37,006 nt of DNA from the NCBI RefSeq assembly GCF_000281045.1, contig NW_008246076.1, forward strand, positions 497,717 through 534,722, given 5' to 3'. Positions within the stretch are counted from its first letter, which is position 1; each line of letters opens with the position of its first letter. This DNA is from Saprolegnia diclina VS20. Taxonomy: Eukaryota. Of this stretch, positions 21,723-32,774 are shown one piece after another. Below the pieces are notes generated by a model, which was not told the DNA's origin, made no database searches, and saw only the letters and a list, made by a program, of their open reading frames with translations. Position numbers and translations under genes: made by a program.

Positions 21723-23012
21723 CCGGATACCGTGCCACTTTACTATACGGATGATGCTCACCAGTGTCAACAAACAGAATCAAGGTATCAAGCACAAGGT
21801 TGCATCCGTGGCTCCGACAGTCCGTCCCAGTCCGCAGCTAGGCGTGGACGTTGCTATCGTGTGCAGAGAAGCCTTGTACGCTCAGGCCCAACGAGAGCAT
21901 TGCCAGCTGCAGATCTCGCGCGATCCGAGCAGCTCGATGCCGTTAAAGAAGCTGACAACCACATCCAGCCAGCACACTGCTTTAGCCCAGTCGTCCAGCC
22001 AACGGCTTGACCGCCCTCGACGTCACGTTGGCACCACCAGCGCCGCGTTGGGGGCCACTAGTACAGTTTTAGTTCAACTCGGTTGCATCCAAGTTGGGCT
22101 TAGTGGCTTGGCTGCGAAAGGGACATGCAAGGCGCCCAGGAGAGCGCCGACGATCAAGTACCTCTTCCGACAGTCTCCAATTCGTAAAAGCACAGCAAGT
22201 AAATCTCGTACCATACCCAAGCGAGAATGGCATGCTGGGCCCTCGTCGCTGTAGTGCTGAGTCCAGGACGCAGGGGCAGTGGTGTCAATGACACGTCTCT
22301 GTCGACAAACGCCATAAACAACAACGATATTCGCTGCAGGAATACAAGCGTAAGCGACTCTACGACTGGTCCAGCACCTGTCCACGCACGAGGCACGTTT
22401 TTGTATCGGACGACACGTTGCCGTCGAATATGGGAACGCCAACTGCATATCTGTATCGACCTTATTAAACCGGTGCTGCGTTCCGCCCTCGGAATGCCTG
22501 GGCAGCAAGCGCGGTTGGTATTAGCCAAGTCGTAAGTGTCTTCGCGGCGGAAGCGGTGTTGAGGAAGGCAGTCGCTTGTCCAACAGTGTCTGACGGGAGG
22601 ATCCGTCGAAACTGCATCTCGAACCAGATTGCACTTGCAGTTGGCGCCGATGCGTTGACTTGAACTTGGTCGACGCGCCATAGGGTGGTCTCGCATCTTC
22701 TTCTGCCCCTTCGCTTCAGCTTCTGCAAACTGGTTCCACATTTTCCCTTCCAAAATGAAAATTTGGACGCCGCTGCGGCGCCCAGACCATCCTAATGGCA
22801 CAGTCAACGCCAGCGGCGAGAACGACCAGCGATTCGCTTGGTCCACGAGTCCGCCCACGTCAGCATAAACGTTGCCACGTGGGCGGTGGCCTGTCACGCG
22901 AAGGTAACGAAGCCAGTGCGCCAGCTGGCACCGTATCCGGATGGGTCCGGACAAGCAACAAAAACGAGGTCAGACCGACAACGAGGCCGACCGACGACCG
23001 AAGACGACGACG

Positions 23013-24192
23013 ATGGCCCCGAACCTGACGTCCGACGACTACTACGAGAACCTGGGCGTCGCCCGGAGCGCGACCGAGGCCGAGATCAAGGCTGCGTACG
23101 GCCCGGCCTCATGCCGGCCCTCGGCTCACGCATGGGCGTAGGTACCGGAAGCTCGCGATCAAGTACCATCCCGACAAGAACCTTCTGCACCGCGACGACG
23201 CCGAGCGCAAGTTCAAGGTCGTCGGCGAGGCCTACAACATCCTCTCGGACCCTGCGACGCGCCACACATGTAGCTGCCTCTCGCCTCGATCCTCTTGAGA
23301 AAGAAGCGTCTGTAGATGACGAGCATGGCAAGGCCGGGCTCCAAGACGTCTCGCCGCCCATGACGCGCGAGATGCTGCTTGCGCTCTTTGAAGACTTTTT
23401 CCGCTTTGGCAAGCCCATGGACGACGACGCGCCCGATGGTACGAGCGACTGCGTGCGGAGAATGGCTCATGAAGTGGGGTCATAGTCGGGAAGGGCATTT
23501 TGCGGGCGACGGGTGGCATCGTCTATGCGCCCGTCAAGGGTGTCATCTACGGCGGGCGCAGTGTCATCGGCGGCGTTGTCATGGGCACGGTCGCGGTCGT
23601 CGTCGGTCTCTCGGGCATGGCTGCCAGCTTTGGCATGGGCGTCCTCGAGATGAGCCAGGCAGGCGTCAACGCAGCCAAGAGCAACAAGCGACGCCGGCTC
23701 GAGCGCCGCGCGAGCTCGGTCGCGTCGGTCGGCAGCAGTCGTCACGACGTGTCGATGGCCTCGGAGCTACCACCGCCACCGACGCCAGCCTCCTCCACCG
23801 AGGGTCCCGAAGACCACGTGCCGACGTTTCTCGGCGGGCTCAAGAAGGCAACCGTTGGCGCCGTTTCGATCCCCATGGCGGTAGGTGTTTTTTGTTTCGT
23901 GACGAACTGCTACGGCATCCTCTAGTCGCTTGTCACGTGCGGTACCATGATGGTGGGCGGGACGGCGCTCGCGAGCGGCTACATTGTCGGCGGGTTTGCC
24001 GGCGCCATCACCAACATCACATCGGGCTTTAAAGAAGTGCAACTGGCGAACCGGAAGAAGCTCATACTTCGCCGCGCGAGCATGCCAACCGCGCTGCCGT
24101 CGCAGCAACCGCCCAGCAGCAAGAAACGGCGAAGGGCGACGATGAAGGGAACCCGGCGGCACTCTGTCGACACGGCCGCAGCGGTCGTCTAA
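23013..24192 (+). CDS. DnaJ/Hsp40 J-domain protein (type III) with Gly-rich hydrophobic C-terminal segments, about 5 exons
   Basis: [41 protein letters not shown]...[18 protein letters not shown] contains the HPD motif. Short GT-AG introns. Hydrophobic stretches [28 protein letters not shown] and [20 protein letters not shown]. Confidence 0.88.
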
Positions 24193-24336
24193 GCACTTCT
24201 GTACTTCTGCTGCTCCTGCTGCTGTAAATAAAATAATTCACCGTCCCGTCGTCCTGACCAAGTAATGGCGATGCCACCAAAATGAACGACCGCACGACGA
24301 ATGAAGCTTGCGTCTACTAGCATGAGACGACGGACT

Positions 24337-25750
24337 CTAGAGCGACCACTCGACACCGGCACCGCCAAGCGCAGTCTCGAGGCATGTAAACCCGAGCCGT
24401 TGCAGGTCGGCGACGAGCGCAGCCAAGGTCTCGCTCGGGCAATCTTGCGGAATGAGCGTGATCGTACAGCCGCCACCGCCTACGCTGGAGATGAGTCCCC
24501 GCGCCGAAGCGTCACCGTGACATACCCGCGCCCGTGAGCTTGGTCGTGAGGCCGCGCGCGGCCGACGCAGCGCAGATGGCACGGATGCTAGCATGGCTCA
24601 CTTGCAGCGTCTCGAGGGCGTCTTGGTTGGCCGCCATCATGGGCGCCAGGACCGATGCCGTCAGCGTCTTGGCCGCGACCTGCGTAGCACACAATAAGAA
24701 CTCGTAGCACGAGATTCATTGAGCGCACGTGGGCTTGGAAAGAAGAGGCAAGCGCCTCGATGCCGTCAAACTGGCGCTGGATCGCCGCCGGATCGGCGTC
24801 ATAGAGCACGCGGACACCGCCGACGAGCACCTTGGTCTCGCGCGGAACGTGCGTGTTGGTCAGTAGAATGCGCAGCGGCGGCAGAGCGAGCTTGGTCATT
24901 TCAGTCTACGAGTCGACGAGTAAATCATTTGGATGGTCGAATAGGTTTAGACGGACCGTGGGTCCCTTCTTGAAGACGATGGCGCCGCCGTACGTGGCGA
25001 CGCTGTTGTCGACACCGGACGGGTTGTCGTGCAGGAGCACCTCGGCCGCGAATGCATACGTGTTGACGTCATCGAGGGCTACCGTGGTCGTCGTCGACGC
25101 CGTCGCTCTGCACACATGCCATCACTCAACGCTCAAGCATCCATTGAGGTAGTCGAAAATGTACTTGAGAAGCGCAGCGGCGACGGCCGTGCAAAAGGCG
25201 GCGGACGAGCCGAGGCCAGCGCCGACGGGGAACGCACCGCTGACGACGTCAATGTCGACGCCCGACCTGGAGCGAGGGTAGAATGAGGAGGGCGACGTGG
25301 ACGTACGTGGTCGACGAGAGAAGTGATGGCGCAATCGCAACGAGGAGGAAGAGCGCGGGCCGAAGCGCGTTGATATCCTTGGGGTGCTCGTCGACAAGTG
25401 CCGACTGGAGCGCAGCAACAATGGCCACGGACGGCCGCGGGAGGAATCCATCGGTCAAACCACGGAAGACCGACGCCAGCGCCGCGAGCGGCCACGACCG
25501 CACGAGCGGCTTGCCGTCCTTCATGCTCGTGAGGTTGTTCAACGCAAGGCGAACCGACGGCGTCGCCGTGGCGCTCTACAGAGACGGTCATGGTCCTCAC
25601 GCATGCTGCCTCTCGACGTACGACGCGCGCCGAGACGCGGAGGCTGGACACGGACGCAGCGATGGCCGTCGTGCCATAGACGACAGCATGCTCGCCGAAG
25701 AGGATGACCTTGCCAGGCGCGCTCGCTTCAGTCGTCAGGAGGTGGACCAT
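24337..25750 (-). CDS. MVK: Mevalonate kinase (GHMP kinase family), multi-exon
   Basis: SAPGKVILFGEHAVVYG, ATP loop PVGAGLGSSAA, LHDNPSGVDNSVATYGG, LLTNTHVPRETK, and TKLTGA|GGGGC split by an intron. Confidence 0.95.
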
Positions 25751-26255
25751 TGTCGTCAGTCGTTGAAGAGGCTGCAATAGGACCGACAGTGACACACGGC
25801 TTTTTTATTTTCGGCACGGCCAATTATTGCTGGCATGTGCCGAAAACAAGACGCGGGGTAGGGTCTTTGTACCACAGGATTTGGGCGCCGAATCTGGCGA
25901 TGCATCAATCTGGTATGGTACCTGAAAACCAGCACACCAACCTCGCGCAGGTACTCTTCGAAATCTGGAATGTGGCATCTGGCATCTGGACCAACCCAAG
26001 GCACTTGTATCGACTGGGTGGTCGTACGCCGAAGGCTACTAGTCGTACCGTTCGACAGCTCCGTTCGACTAGATCACGACGCCCAGATCGTGACGTCCAT
26101 GGAGCAAGCGCCCATGACCGCCTGCGACTAGGCGAGTGGGATGCTTTTCTACGGCGCTCGCAGCTGCTATGGGAGTTGATCGCAGTGGGACAAGTAGCTA
26201 CGAAGATAGTGTTCGAGAAGCGTCTTTCGCTTGCTATTAAATACATGGCGCGCGT

Positions 26256-28582
26256 CTACGGCTCCTTGGCCGTGAGGTGCTCTTCCATCTTCTGGATCTT
26301 CCCAATGAGCGACGAGATCTGGTGGTGGTGCGAGTCCATGGCGGTTGAGAGGGCTCGCTGCTGGCGCGCGGTCACCTCAAGCTCCTCCAACTTTGAGAGA
26401 AGCTCGGGCAGCGGCAATGGCTCGTCCTTCTTCGTCGTCGGCGTCTTCTTGCTTGTCGACGACGTTCGTTTTGCAGACTCGGGCGCCGCCAGCATCGGCA
26501 TGTCTTCGTCTTCTTCTTCGTTTGGCTGCTCGACGATCGACGACGCACGCGAGTTGGGCGGCGACGCACACTCAAAGACGGCCGCGGCTTCAACTTCGGA
26601 TGTCGCAAGGCGTCGTGGTGGCTTCTGCGACGCCGGGGACTTGGGTGCCTCGGGGCGGAGAGGTTTTGGCGCCTCAAGTCGCTTCAAGAGCACTTTGGTG
26701 ACCGCCTGGAGCTGCTCGACAAGACCCGAGACGTTGCCGTGGCGCGCGCTGCGATCGTAGAGCTCGACGAGACCCGCGATCTTGCCGCCGCTCAGCTGGA
26801 GCCGCATCGCTGCGTAGAACCGGTACGGTGGCGACGCCGTCGGCAGCAAGTCGGGGCAAATGTAGAGCTGCGCCGAGTCGAGGGCGGCCGAGGACAAGCC
26901 GTCGTCGATCGCGTTGGGTGTCGGGAGGCCAGACGCCCCGATGCGTCGCAAGGCGCCGGCCTCCAGGACACTAATGGTCGCCACCGCGCACTGCGTCGTG
27001 ATGGCGAGCGTCGAGCACATGGTGTCGTACTCGGCGCTCGGGTCGAGCGAGACAAAGGCGTCGTCGTTCAGTTGGGTCTCGGGTGGCGGCTGCACGAGGC
27101 TCTCATTCAAAAACGAGAGCGAGATCGTGTCGGTCTCATGCAAGAGCGACGACCGACACGCCGTGCTGCTCCACTCGAGCACCGAGTCGCGCGTGTTGGG
27201 GAACACAAACGAGCCTTCCTTGCGCGTCTCGAGGAGTGGGGTCTCCGAGTGGAGTCGTTGTAGTGTCACCTTGGTGCTCGGTGCCCGCGCAGCGACGACC
27301 GGCGTATTGGCGAGCGGCGTGTAACCGAGGCCGTTGAGGCAGTTGACGCAGACGCGGATCTTCTCGAGCTTCTCGAGGATCGGCGCCGTCATCCACTTGA
27401 CGCTGCAGTCGTGGCAAATGACTTTGCCGCAGAGCCGACAGTGTTTTTTCTGCACAAAGAGCGAGAATTTCGTGTCGCAGATCGAGCAAAACGTCACGTT
27501 GCGCTTCGGCTCGAGCTCGGCGTGCACGGTGCCGCCGTCGACGAGGTACTGCTCGAGGCGCATCGGGTAGAAGTATTCTTCGAGGCTCAGCACCTACACC
27601 GTAGAGACGGTCGTCGCCCACACGGCAAGGGTCTTGGTACATACGCGGCTGACGTAGTGCTGCATGAGCTTTTGGTTCTTGGACTTGGAGACGTTGGCGA
27701 TTTGCGAGATTGCGAGGCAGTAGTAGTCCATCGTACCGACGATCTCGGTTTCGATAAACACGTGGCCCGACTAGACATAGTAGTTTAGGAGACACATGTG
27801 GAAGATAATGTCTTGTACGCGAAACACGAGGTCCCGCGGCAGCTGCGGCGCGTTGGGTCCGCGCGGGTCGACGAGGCCCCGCGGGTCGACCGAGTGGAGA
27901 CTGCAGACCCAGCCTTTTCGCATCGAGCCGTCGTGTTCGGTGAGGTACTCGAACTCGTCATGGCACTAGTACCATCGATGATGGGAGCGTTGAGCTATCG
28001 GAAGGACCTACTTCGAGAAGACACAGGCTGTGCACGTCGGTGCCCCGGTCCACGAGCATCCATTCGATGCCAATGTAGTGCAGCGGGTGCTCGGGCGTCC
28101 GGGGCACGAGCGTCGCGAGCGTCTCGCGGCAGAGCGCGGCTTGCTCGTACACGCCCGCGTACGCCGCCAGCTTCTCGGGCGACGTGAGGGCAAAAAAGTG
28201 CGCGACCTCGGCGAGCGTGATTTGGATCCGCGTGTAGCCGCACGTCGCGTCAAAATGCGGCTCGAAAAGGTCCTGGTTCTTGCGGATCTAGAGACGCCGA
28301 GATGGTTGGCCTATGTGTGCACAAGTGGAGGCGCACCTTGGCGCAGCGCAGCGTCTTGGCGCTCGAGATGACGCGGTCGACCGGGAGGTTGTCCATCGCG
28401 AGCGCGTTCATGATGGTCTTGTGGCACGTGCGCTTCGCCTTCTCAATGTAGTCGAACGACTCGTCCGGCGAGAGCGAGAGGCGCGGCTGGCGCATGGCGG
28501 GCGGCAGCGGCGGCTTGCCCCACTGAGTGTTCGACGTCTTGCTCGTCGCCGACCCGACCGAGCTCGTGTTACTGGACGGCAT
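26256..28582 (-). CDS. Oomycete-type START-like + FYVE zinc finger + degenerate GAF domain protein, multi-exon
   Basis: The N-terminal region has features of the oomycete START-like family (LHYIGIEW, DVHSLCLLE, VFIETEIVG). FYVE: CSICDTKFSLFVQKKHCRLCGKVICHDCS...RVCVNC. GAF-like: YRFYAAMRLQLSGGKIAGLVELYD. The C-terminus is coiled-coil-like. Confidence 0.82.
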
Positions 28583-29478
28583 CTGCGGCAGAGGAAATCA
28601 GCGACTGGGTACCTTCAAGCTTTCGCACCAGACCATGTGGCTGGACAGATCGATGTACCGAAGAGGATGATCGACTTTGCTGTTTGATGCAGTGGCTGGC
28701 GTACAGTGTATATACACTGTAAATCGGAATACTGGCGCCGGGTATATGATTGCATCGGGTGGCCACCGCAACACTTATCGTGTCTTTGCAACGCCGTCGC
28801 GGCGAGGGCGTCCACTGGATACTAGGATCTGTCGATCGTCTGCGTCCCATACTAGTAGCAACAACGACTAGGGCGGTTCGACTAAAGTACTGAGAAGCAC
28901 TGAAAAGCACTGGAAAGGCGCCTTTCTGCGCTCAAAGTGTATGTAATTCCAGACGCATGCACAATGTTGACACTGCAACGCGTCGTCGCCAGTCGCTGTC
29001 CAGAAAAAGGGATATTTGGTGTACCTACTAACTAGAGGACAACGGTCTTACGAGGACAGACTCGAGTCGACGTGGTATACACCTGGAGCGCTATCGTTGA
29101 AATGCCGCGCTCGTACAATTGCACATGGAGTTGGGAGTATGGTTGCGTGGTTTCTAACCAGAGTCTCTTGGGTTTCTATCTCGACGAGTGTTGGACTGAA
29201 CGCTTTCCCGCGCGCAGCATGAGATTGGTGCCACCTCCCTCTACAATGACGTCAGCATTAGCACAACGTAGTGAATCTCCCACTTATTGTCCGGGCTGTG
29301 CTACCAGCAGAATTTGATGACAATGGTCAGTGCGACGACGTAACAACGTTGAAGGCAAGGTCCTTCGTCTGGAGCCCTTCCCACTTGCTCTCAAAATCTT
29401 TTATTGCGTCTCTCTTGACGTGTTGTTCACCCAAGTCGTACCCACATTGCAGTTTGCATTCGGTTGAATCGGGGAAAG

Positions 29479-30796
29479 TTAAATTAACGAGGTCGGCAAA
29501 ATCGATGGAGAGACCGTCTCGGGCAGCATCGTATCGGGCGACACAAGGGTGTCCATATCCAAGCACTTTTGCAGCTCAATGCGGTGGTGGCACTCTTGGA
29601 TCTCGAGTGTGCATTTGAGCGCGGTCTCTTTCGCAAGCATGGCGGCGACGCGTTGGTCGGCGAGCTCGTGGCGCTCGTTCTCTACCCGGATGCGCACGGC
29701 GTGTGCGGCGTCGAGTCGTGCTTGGTGCTCGCGCTACGTCGTACCAATGGTAACACGAATATACAAGCAAGGGAAATAAGAAGTGTGTTCTTTTTTCCCG
29801 TGAAAAAAGGGACGGCAATACCTCGCGGAGCGCGCGTTGCTGGCGCAAGTGCGCTTCGTGCGAGAGCACTTTTCTCTTTGCGTAGACCTTTGCCTGGAGC
29901 ACGGCAGCTTCTTTTCGCGCGCACTCGACCTCAATGGCCTAGTAAACGCACTGTCAGGTATGCACATTGCTGCTGAAAGCAAGTACGTGGCGCTTTTGTT
30001 TGACGCTGCGGGCACTCGACGCCCGCTGCGCTTGCACGCGAGCAATCGTATGCTACAGCGCGGTTTGTGGTGAGCGCGACAGGTTGCAAACGATTTTGAG
30101 CAGCGCACCTGGAGCCGCACCTTGTGCTCGGCTTGAAGCGCCAGCGTTTTCTCGCGTCGGGCGTGAATGGCGCACTCGTCCTTCTCCCGCCGAGATTGGC
30201 GCAAGCGTCGGTGGTGCTCGGCCTCTTCCTTGGCCTGCACCTCTCGACAGTGCTCGACATAGAGCTTGCTTGCGTCCACCTCGGCCCGCTCTCGCTCCAT
30301 CTAATACCGCCGCCTTGTGATTCAAGATGACGCACGAAGCACCGACCTCGAGAAACGCCACGCGGTTCGCAAGCAACCTGGCGTTCTCTTCGGCTTGCAT
30401 ACGAGCTTGTCGGACGTGAAAACACTCGGTCGACGGTGACGCTGGCGGGGCCTTGGGACGTCGCGGGTTTGGTGATGATGGCACCGAATGCTGTGGTGGC
30501 GCCAGCGTCAGCGGCTCCGACTCTGCTAATATTGTCGGCGGCGTCGCGTCTTGAGGGCGTCGTGGTTCGAAAAGCGGTTGTGCGACGTCCATAGACACGG
30601 GTGTCGTTTCAAGCGGCTTGTCGATGAGGCAGTAGCGCGAGATGATGGGTTTGGTGGTGCCTGACCAGCGCTGCGGGGCCTGCAGCACGGCTTGGCGGTT
30701 CCCGGGCCGAGGCGAGAGGAGAGCCACAAGGGTTCCTCGCTGCGAGACGTTGGCCGACTTGGGTCGATCCAGCACGCTGGCCCGTGCAGAGCGCAT
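29479..30796 (-). CDS. Hypothetical coiled-coil protein with a Pro-rich N-terminus, multi-exon
   Basis: MRSARASVLDRPKSA...QAEENARLLANRVAFLE|...EVQAKEEAEHHRRLRQ...RVENERHELADQRVAAMLAKE...SILPTSLI*. Charged heptad-like segments are joined by probable short introns; exon boundaries are approximate. Confidence 0.65.
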
Positions 30797-30977
30797 CTTA
30801 TCTGTCAGAGACAGCCTTTTGATCTATCTTTGGCCCCCGCTTTTTTATTACGTGGCGCACCCGCAATGCAAGACGTGTTTTGGCCAATCACAGGGCCGTA
30901 TCGAGATGGCATATTTTGATTGGCGAAAATTCGCGTGACGACTGCCCCATCTGCCAGACCAAGTGACGACGCTCGCC
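30797..30977. promoter_or_regulatory. Compact bidirectional promoter with two oppositely oriented CCAAT boxes
   Basis: 181 bp separate the divergent ATGs. GGCCAATCAC at ~30882 is on the plus strand and GATTGGC at ~30918 is a minus-strand CCAAT. Confidence 0.55.
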
Positions 30978-32712
30978 ATGGCCGACCCCAGGATCGCTCT
31001 CCAGCCGCTCGCGCATCCGATGTATCAGCCGCGGACGCCGGAGCTGACGCCGGTGGCGGCGCCATCGCCGTCGACCAAGGCCCTCCTCTTCCGCCTCTGC
31101 CTGTACGGCTTTTTCGTCGAGCTCAAGCCGTCCGAGGCGTACCTCAACCAGTTTCTGACCCAGGACAAGGGTACCGCCGCCGCTGTTCGCATGGCCACAC
31201 ACATATGGTGGTTGTAGGCTTCACGAACGAGGAGACGAACGACTACATCTACCCATGGTTTTCGTACGGCAAGCTGGCCATGCTCCTGCTCTTGCCGCTC
31301 GTCGTCGAGCGCTTCCAGTACCGGACCGTGCTCATCATCGAGTCGTGCGGCTTTCTCTGCACGCGGCTGCTCCTGATCTACGGCGCGTCGCTCTTTCTCA
31401 TGCAAGGTATGAAATTAGCCGTCCTAGATCACAGCGTTCAACCAAGTCTCCTTAGTCATGCAGGTGACGTACGCGGTCGGGACTGCCACCAAGATTGTCT
31501 ACTTGACCATCATCTACCGCCAAGTCCCTCGCGACGAGTACCACCACGCGACTGCGCTCGTCTGGACTGCGCAGCTCGCCGGCAAGTTCGCCGCGGGCCT
31601 CCTCGGCCAGGTACGCGTCCTCTTTATCTTGCTGCCGACGATGACGTCGACGCGTAGGTCATGGTGACGCACGACGTGAGCCTCCTCGCGCTCAACTACG
31701 TGTCGTGTGCAAGTGTTGCTGTCTCCGTCGCCCTCGCCTTGAGTCTGCCCCATGACAAGGCGGACGTGGCGATCGTCGCCGCGTCAACAATCGAGAAGCG
31801 ACCGTTGGCGCGGCGGGAGACGGCCGATAGCAACCTCAGTGTCGAGAGCAGCGTCCAGATCCGGCCGCACATGCACCGCAAGTCGGCCTCGAGCCCGCCG
31901 CCGAGCGTGTGGCACTGGACCAACATCCTCGGGCTGACGTGGATCGTGCTTACGTGCGGCTCGAATTTGTACCAAAACTACATTCAAAACCGGTGGACCG
32001 ACTTTACGTGTACGACGTCGCCAGCATCATGGCCTTGAACTCTCAAGTTTGCCTAGTGTCGACAAAGGAGAATGGCTTGATGACCGCGCTCTTCACGCTC
32101 TCGGGCGCGGCCGCTACGATTCTCATGGCGCGTCTCGCCAAGAAGCTGCCACGGTCCCCCACGGTACGTCGTCGGCTTGGTGCACTCTGTTCGGACCCGC
32201 GGCGGTTAGGGTCTTCGGGTCCTCTTGCTCGTCGGGTCGTTGGGGCTCGTTCTTGCGTCGCTTCGGCAAACGTTCGTTGAGAGTCTGTGGCAGTCGTACC
32301 TCTGGTACATTGCGTACGGCGCCATCTTTTACGCGCTCATTACGACGGTACATCGTATACGCTACTAGGAATTCTAATTCCCTTGACACTATCTCGTGCA
32401 ACGAATCCATGACGTGGTGTAGGTGAGCGCCGAGCTCGCGCTGCAGTGCACGACCAACGACTTTGCCAAAATGTTTGCGATCGTATCGCTCTGCGCGTCG
32501 GTCCTCGAGACTGTACGTCGACCAACTCGTTCGTTTGAAAGCTGACGCGTCCTCTGTAGATGCTCACGTTTGTGCTCCAAGGCACGACCAACGGCGTGAG
32601 CACGTGGTTCGGCACCGTGACCGTCCTCCACGGTCTCCTCCTCGTCTTTGATTTGTACGTGTGCTGCCGCGTCCCGCTCGAGCCGCTCCGCGCCGAGCCG
32701 ACGCAGTCGTAA
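30978..32712 (+). CDS. SLC19 family (reduced folate carrier / thiamine transporter) membrane transporter, multi-exon
   Basis: LCLYGFFVELKPSEAYLNQFLTQDKG|FTNEETNDYIYPWFSY...RFQYRTVLIIE...LMQ|VMQVTYAVGTATKIVYLTIIYRQVPRDEY matches the SLC19 N-terminal signature (LCxYGF...P.E.F...L...K.FT). Later hydrophobic segments include NGLMTALFTL. Confidence 0.85.
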
Positions 32713-32774
32713 GCCTCGACTAACGACAACACGCAACGTCAACGAGATGGTCATGTTGCAGCAAAGAAGAGAAG

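Noticed and set aside
25756..26246. Possible small gene (HIPDFEEYLREVGVLVFRY) between mevalonate kinase and the FYVE gene
   Set aside because: No convincing ATG or exon chain. The region is more simply explained as UTR and promoter.
28888..28918. About three imperfect 10-bp repeats (GCACTGAAAA-like) upstream of the FYVE gene
   Set aside because: Too short and degenerate to separate from chance or simple slippage.
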